Shown: piece by piece, positions 60,349 to 64,000 of the stretch
Numbering within the stretch: position 1 is the first letter of the stretch
Layout of the letters: each line of letters starts with the position of its first letter
DNA from: Pseudomonadales bacterium
Lineage (GTDB): Bacteria; Pseudomonadota; Gammaproteobacteria; Pseudomonadales; IMCC2047
Assembly: GCA_965230515.1 (NCBI GenBank)
Contig: OZ246007.1
Coordinates: 3,476,261 to 3,540,260, forward strand
Length of the DNA: 64,000 nt
Direction of reading: 5' to 3'
Translations under genes and position numbers: made by a program
Notes under the pieces: generated by a model
Seen by the model: the letters and a program-made list of their open reading frames with translations, nothing else
The model's database searches: none
Told to the model about the DNA's origin: nothing

Positions 60349-61692
60349 ATGTTCAGGCTCACTGTTCCCATGATTTTTGGAATGGTTTCGATGGTGATGC
60401 TGGGTATTGTTGATACTTTCTTTATCAGTATGCTGGGTACGCATGAGTTGGCAGCGGTCAGTTTTGCTCAACCTGTTGCCAACACCGTGATCAGCGTAGC
60501 TTTGGGGTTGGGGATGTCGCTGGGAGCATTGGTCTCCCGTCTTATTGGGGAAAAGAAGCACAAACAGGCTGCTCGGTTGATTACCGATGCAAATATTATA
60601 TCGGCTATCATTGCAGTCACCATAGCCGCAACAGGAATTATGATCATTGATCCGCTGTTTACGGCTTTGGGAGCAACCAAGGAGGTGCTGCCTTTCATCA
60701 GAAGCTATATGAATATCTGGTTTATCGCGGCGCCAATGTGGATGTTGACCATGATCGGTAATAATGCGTTGAGGGCGATTGGGGATATCAAGCTTTCTGC
60801 GCTGATTATGACACTGCTTTCGCTTTTGAATCTGATATTTGATCCCCTGCTCATTTTTGGCATTGGCCCTTTTCCGGAACTGGGTGTGGCTGGAGCTTCG
60901 TTAGCGACGCTGATTGCCTGCTCAGTCGCTTGGCTTTGTTCGATTAGCGTACTTGGTTTCAGAGAAAAACTGCTTCAATTCTGCCGACCGAGACTTTCGC
61001 ATTTAATTCCCAATTGGAAGGAATTGTTCAAGATTGCAGTGCCTTCGGTAGCCGCTAATATTATGACGCCACTTGCAGCATCAATATTGACGGCTATGAT
61101 AGCCCGTTTTGGTCTTGAAGCGGTTGCCGGGTTTGGTGTCGGGGCGCGTATCGAGTTTTTTAGCTTAATGGTTGTATTTGCGCTTTCATCGACGCTGCCT
61201 ATGTTTATTGGTCAAAATCTTGGTGCGGGTAAACCGGAAAGGGTCTATTCGGCGATGATGGGCTGCCTCAAATTTTCACTGCTTTTCCAGGCGCTTGTAT
61301 ACGCGCTGTTGCTACTAGCCGCGCCTGCGATCGCTGCTACTTTCAGTGATAACGCTGAGGTGGACCGTGTTATACGCCTTTTCCTAATGATCCTGCCGCT
61401 AACCTATGGAGCACATGCTGTCGTTATTTTGGTCATGGTGTCGCTAAATGTGCTAAGGAGGCCGCGTACCGCATTGGTTACCACCAGTGTAAGATTGTTA
61501 TGCCTTTATCTGCCGCTGGCATATCTGGGTTCTATTTGGTGGGGTGTTATAGGTATTTTTATCGGTGCTGCAACGGGAAATATTATTGCTGGTGTAATTG
61601 CCTACGGAATTATCAAAAGAGTATTGGCGTCACAGGGTATCTCTGCAGATTATCACACTAAATTGGAGACGGTGTCACAGTTAAAACCGTGA
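60349..61692 (+). CDS. MATE family efflux transporter
   Basis: A 12-TM protein with the MATE opening pattern (RLTVPMIFGMVSMVMLGIVDTFFIS) and an internal repeat. The start is uncertain: ATG at 60349, or an upstream in-frame TTG at 60253. Confidence 0.88.
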   Translation: MFRLTVPMIFGMVSMVMLGIVDTFFISMLGTHELAAVSFAQPVANTVISVALGLGMSLGALVSRLIGEKKHKQAARLITDANIISAIIAVTIAATGIMIIDPLFTALGATKEVLPFIRSYMNIWFIAAPMWMLTMIGNNALRAIGDIKLSALIMTLLSLLNLIFDPLLIFGIGPFPELGVAGASLATLIACSVAWLCSISVLGFREKLLQFCRPRLSHLIPNWKELFKIAVPSVAANIMTPLAASILTAMIARFGLEAVAGFGVGARIEFFSLMVVFALSSTLPMFIGQNLGAGKPERVYSAMMGCLKFSLLFQALVYALLLLAAPAIAATFSDNAEVDRVIRLFLMILPLTYGAHAVVILVMVSLNVLRRPRTALVTTSVRLLCLYLPLAYLGSIWWGVIGIFIGAATGNIIAGVIAYGIIKRVLASQGISADYHTKLETVSQLKP

Positions 61693-61700
61693 GTTGTATG

Positions 61701-61728
61701 CACCCACTCGAGACTGGCCGAGTGGGTG
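61701..61728. terminator. Hairpin between the convergent MATE and ubiD-family genes (candidate terminator)
   Basis: A 10-bp perfect stem CACCCACTCG/CGAGTGGGTG with an 8-nt loop. The downstream T-tract is weak, so intrinsic termination is only plausible. Confidence 0.45.
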
Positions 61729-61768
61729 TGGTTAAGTTCTGAAGAGTCCTTACGCCCGTTTCGTTTTA

Positions 61769-63136
61769 TTATGCTCCCTCGATATCAAATGCTGACAGGT
61801 CAACATCCGCCATGGTGGCTCGTTTGAATTTGTCAGGGCGAGGCAGGCGCACGGTAGCATCAATACCCATGCGGCACCATTTATCATCTTCAACCATTGG
61901 ATTCAGTCTGTGGCCGATGGCATCCGGTATTTTTAACAAATCAGTTTCAAAGCAACAGCGTGTTGCAACTGCCCAGTCCACATCTGCAACATTGTAAATA
62001 TCGACATCGGTATCAACCACGGTCACAGTTTTTACGAAGGCCAGTGAAACAAAAGCCGCCATCATGGCGTTACGCTGACTACCCTCAAACTTTTTGTCAA
62101 TCTGTACAACCAGATGGTAGGGTACGCTGCCATCGGAAAAATGTACGGCTGTGACTTCGGGTACCAGACTTCTGATTTTCTCAAACGCCCCTGATCCCGC
62201 AATAATGCCATACGCATTACCTACCTCTTTGCCAGAGAGTATTGAGTGGAATACCGGGGTCTCCCTGCGGGTGATGGCTGTTGCTTCAAAGACCCAGCGG
62301 GCTTCACGTTCGGCATAGTATCCTGTTACTTCGGCATAGGGGCCTTCCTGTTCGCGAATTTCCGGAAGAATTTTACCTTCGATAACGAACTGTGCGTTGG
62401 CTATGCCTTCAACGGCAACCGTTTGGCTTTCAATCAGTTCTACGGGCGCTCCTCTTAATTGACTTGCAATACCTAGCTCATCCATTTCGAGAGCCGCTGC
62501 GGAAGCGGGTACGGCACCTGCCATGCATACGGGAAAATCAACGCCATTATTGACGGTGATTTCCAGCGGAACTCCTTTGGCTTCGGCTCGTTTGTAATAG
62601 TCCATCAGGTGTCCCAATTCCTCCAGCAACAGGGTCATTCTATTTTCACCGGTCAGCATCATGCGGTGAATGGACAGATTTCTGACTCCGGTGTCAGGGT
62701 CTTTGGCAATGACCACGCTCGAGGTCAGATAGCGGCCACCGTCACCTTCGGCATGATGGGGAATCGGTAGTTGAGTCAGGTCGGGTTTTAACTCTATTAC
62801 TTCGTTGGCCGGTCCCTGTTTCAAAACAACCGGATCCATGGGTGACTGATGCCACGCCTTGATGCCATCAGCCAACACAAAGGGGAGTTTGGCGCTGTTC
62901 GTACCAAAAAATTTTGCCATCATATCCCTATTCCAATAGAGGCCGATCAGCACGGGGTAAGGATGTCCCCTGACGTTTTCAAACAGAATTGCCTTGCCGC
63001 CCTCGAACTTTTTGGCTATACCTGCGAGTTCGCAGACTGGGTTGACTTCGCTTTTAACACGGATGAGATGGTTGTTTTGTTCCAGATAATCGATATAGGA
63101 CTGAATATCTATCAAATTTCTTTGTGCTAGGTCCAT
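61769..63136 (-). CDS. UbiD-family (prFMN-dependent) decarboxylase
   Basis: 455 aa. The N-terminus (LIRVKSEVNPVCELAGIAKKFEGGKAILFENVRGH) and internal blocks (VVIAKDPDTGVRNLSIHR, GPYAEVTGYY) are UbiD-like. Confidence 0.85.
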   Translation of the reverse strand: MDLAQRNLIDIQSYIDYLEQNNHLIRVKSEVNPVCELAGIAKKFEGGKAILFENVRGHPYPVLIGLYWNRDMMAKFFGTNSAKLPFVLADGIKAWHQSPMDPVVLKQGPANEVIELKPDLTQLPIPHHAEGDGGRYLTSSVVIAKDPDTGVRNLSIHRMMLTGENRMTLLLEELGHLMDYYKRAEAKGVPLEITVNNGVDFPVCMAGAVPASAAALEMDELGIASQLRGAPVELIESQTVAVEGIANAQFVIEGKILPEIREQEGPYAEVTGYYAEREARWVFEATAITRRETPVFHSILSGKEVGNAYGIIAGSGAFEKIRSLVPEVTAVHFSDGSVPYHLVVQIDKKFEGSQRNAMMAAFVSLAFVKTVTVVDTDVDIYNVADVDWAVATRCCFETDLLKIPDAIGHRLNPMVEDDKWCRMGIDATVRLPRPDKFKRATMADVDLSAFDIEGA

Positions 63137-63429
63137 TTTGTTTTCCTGTGCTACCTGAATAGCCGGGGGTCATATTTATTCGCAATGCTCACCGGCTTGT
63201 TGGATTTGGGTGACTGGTAAAAACTTGTCAATTACACAGTCGACCAGTTGACACCAAATTGATTAATAAGGGTTTTATCCAGTGGGGCGAGTATACATAA
63301 ATTCGAACTATACCCGCTATGCCTAAAGTGTAGCGATTTTCGAATAGATGATGGGGCGGCGTCCCCGGTGTTAAAACCATTCGATATTATTTCAGAGTTC
63401 GATGGTTTCCATAGGTAACTCTGGCTGAG

Positions 63430-63711
63430 TCAAAGGTTACTAAGGATATCTGGCAGCGCGTTATCCTGGTTAACCAGACTTTCCTTGGTTGATTTAGGTA
63501 GTTTTTTAATATGACTCTCGGCTTTGAGGGCGCAGCTTCTGGTGCCGACCGGAGCTGACCACTCCAGTTTTAGCGGGCCTTTACCTTTAAGGTACTTTGC
63601 GCCTTTGCGACCTCCTGCCTGATGTTCGGAAAAACGCCTTTGAACATCAGTCGTGATACCGGTGTATAGACTACCATCAGCGCTACGAATGATATAGACG
63701 AACCACTGCAT
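63430..63711 (-). CDS. GIY-YIG nuclease superfamily protein (UPF0213/YhbQ-like)
   Basis: WFVYIIRSADGSLYTGITTDVQRRFSEH is the GIY-YIG motif region; 93 aa. Confidence 0.85.
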   Translation of the reverse strand: MQWFVYIIRSADGSLYTGITTDVQRRFSEHQAGGRKGAKYLKGKGPLKLEWSAPVGTRSCALKAESHIKKLPKSTKESLVNQDNALPDILSNL

Positions 63712-63753
63712 TATGATAAAAACAGCATCTTTGTTAGGGCCAGTTATCAGGGC

Positions 63754-64000
63754 TTAATAAAGACATGCTCTGTTTCGACCAAATTTCTTGGCTTTGTAGA
63801 GAGCCTTGTCTGCGGCGTTCACTATTGCCGCCATATTGTTGTTGCATTGAGTCAACTCGGCAACTCCGCTGCAGACCGTGGTATTAACAGGGAGCTCCTG
63901 ATTGCTGTTTAGCAGTTCATCCTGGGCAATTTTTGAAACCAGCTTTTGAGCCAGTTGCAGAGCGCCTGAGGCGTTGGTATTTGGCAGTGTGATCAGAAAT
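63754..64000 (-). CDS. GGDEF-domain protein, C-terminal fragment (the gene continues beyond the window)
   Basis: It is not in the ORF track because there is no start in the window. My minus-strand translation reads FLITLPNTNASGALQLAQKLVSKI...TVCSGVAEL...ADKALYKAKKFGRNR, the typical C-terminal third of a GGDEF domain. The stop codon TAA lies at 63754-63756. Confidence 0.75.
   Translation of the reverse strand, partial: FLITLPNTNASGALQLAQKLVSKIAQDELLNSNQELPVNTTVCSGVAELTQCNNNMAAIVNAADKALYKAKKFGRNRACLY

Noticed and set aside
63226-63253. An inverted TGTCAA-N16-TTGACA pair with an internal GTCGAC, upstream of the ubiD-family gene. It looked like a repressor operator.
   Set aside because: The arms do not extend beyond 6 bp. 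The inner GTCGAC is not concentric with the outer pair, being offset by 2 nt. Each hexamer is simply a -35 consensus on one strand, so two divergent -35 boxes explain the pair equally well.

Overview
This is a 64-kb chromosomal window from a gammaproteobacterium. Coding lines I hand-counted are about 50% GC. I could run no database searches, so every call rests on motifs I recognise in the supplied translations and on the DNA itself. Start codons are best guesses.

Gene order is Pseudomonas/Oceanospirillales-like:
- btuF-like converging on a FecCD/ABC-ATPase pair, then enoyl-CoA hydratase-folD, an HDOD protein, and ygfZ / sdhE-ygfX.
- nadB / rpoE-rseABC, bcp / dapA-bamC, and a glycerophosphodiester/glycerol-3-P cluster.
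- A less conserved stretch at about 19-42.4 kb.
- ychJ-ppnP, then pyrG-kdsA-eno-ftsB-ispD-ispF-truD-pcm-(DUF368)-nlpD-rpoS, fdxA-mutS, pncC-recA-recX.
- A dehydrogenase, a MATE exporter, a UbiD-family decarboxylase, a GIY-YIG protein and a truncated GGDEF gene at the right edge.

I saw no rRNA, tRNA, CRISPR array, transposase, integrase, prophage or recognisable defence genes.

The candidates most worth follow-up all lie in the 19-42 kb stretch:
1. A translationally coupled operon of a TonB-dependent receptor, a YfiR-like (DUF4154) protein and a YfiN-like HAMP-GGDEF-EAL protein. The receptor occupies the slot that YfiB holds in the known YfiBNR system.
2. A tightly packed MMPL/HpnN-type exporter, LolA-like protein and outer-membrane beta-barrel trio with no MFP or TolC and no linked biosynthetic genes.
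3. A CueR-type regulator co-transcribed with a permease carrying a triple Cys-Cys tail, behind a clear MerR-type 19-bp-spacer promoter. It is followed by a run of small uncharacterised metal- or thiol-flavoured genes and a 32% GC orphan patch.

None of these is proven novel from sequence alone. The rest of the window is ordinary core genome.
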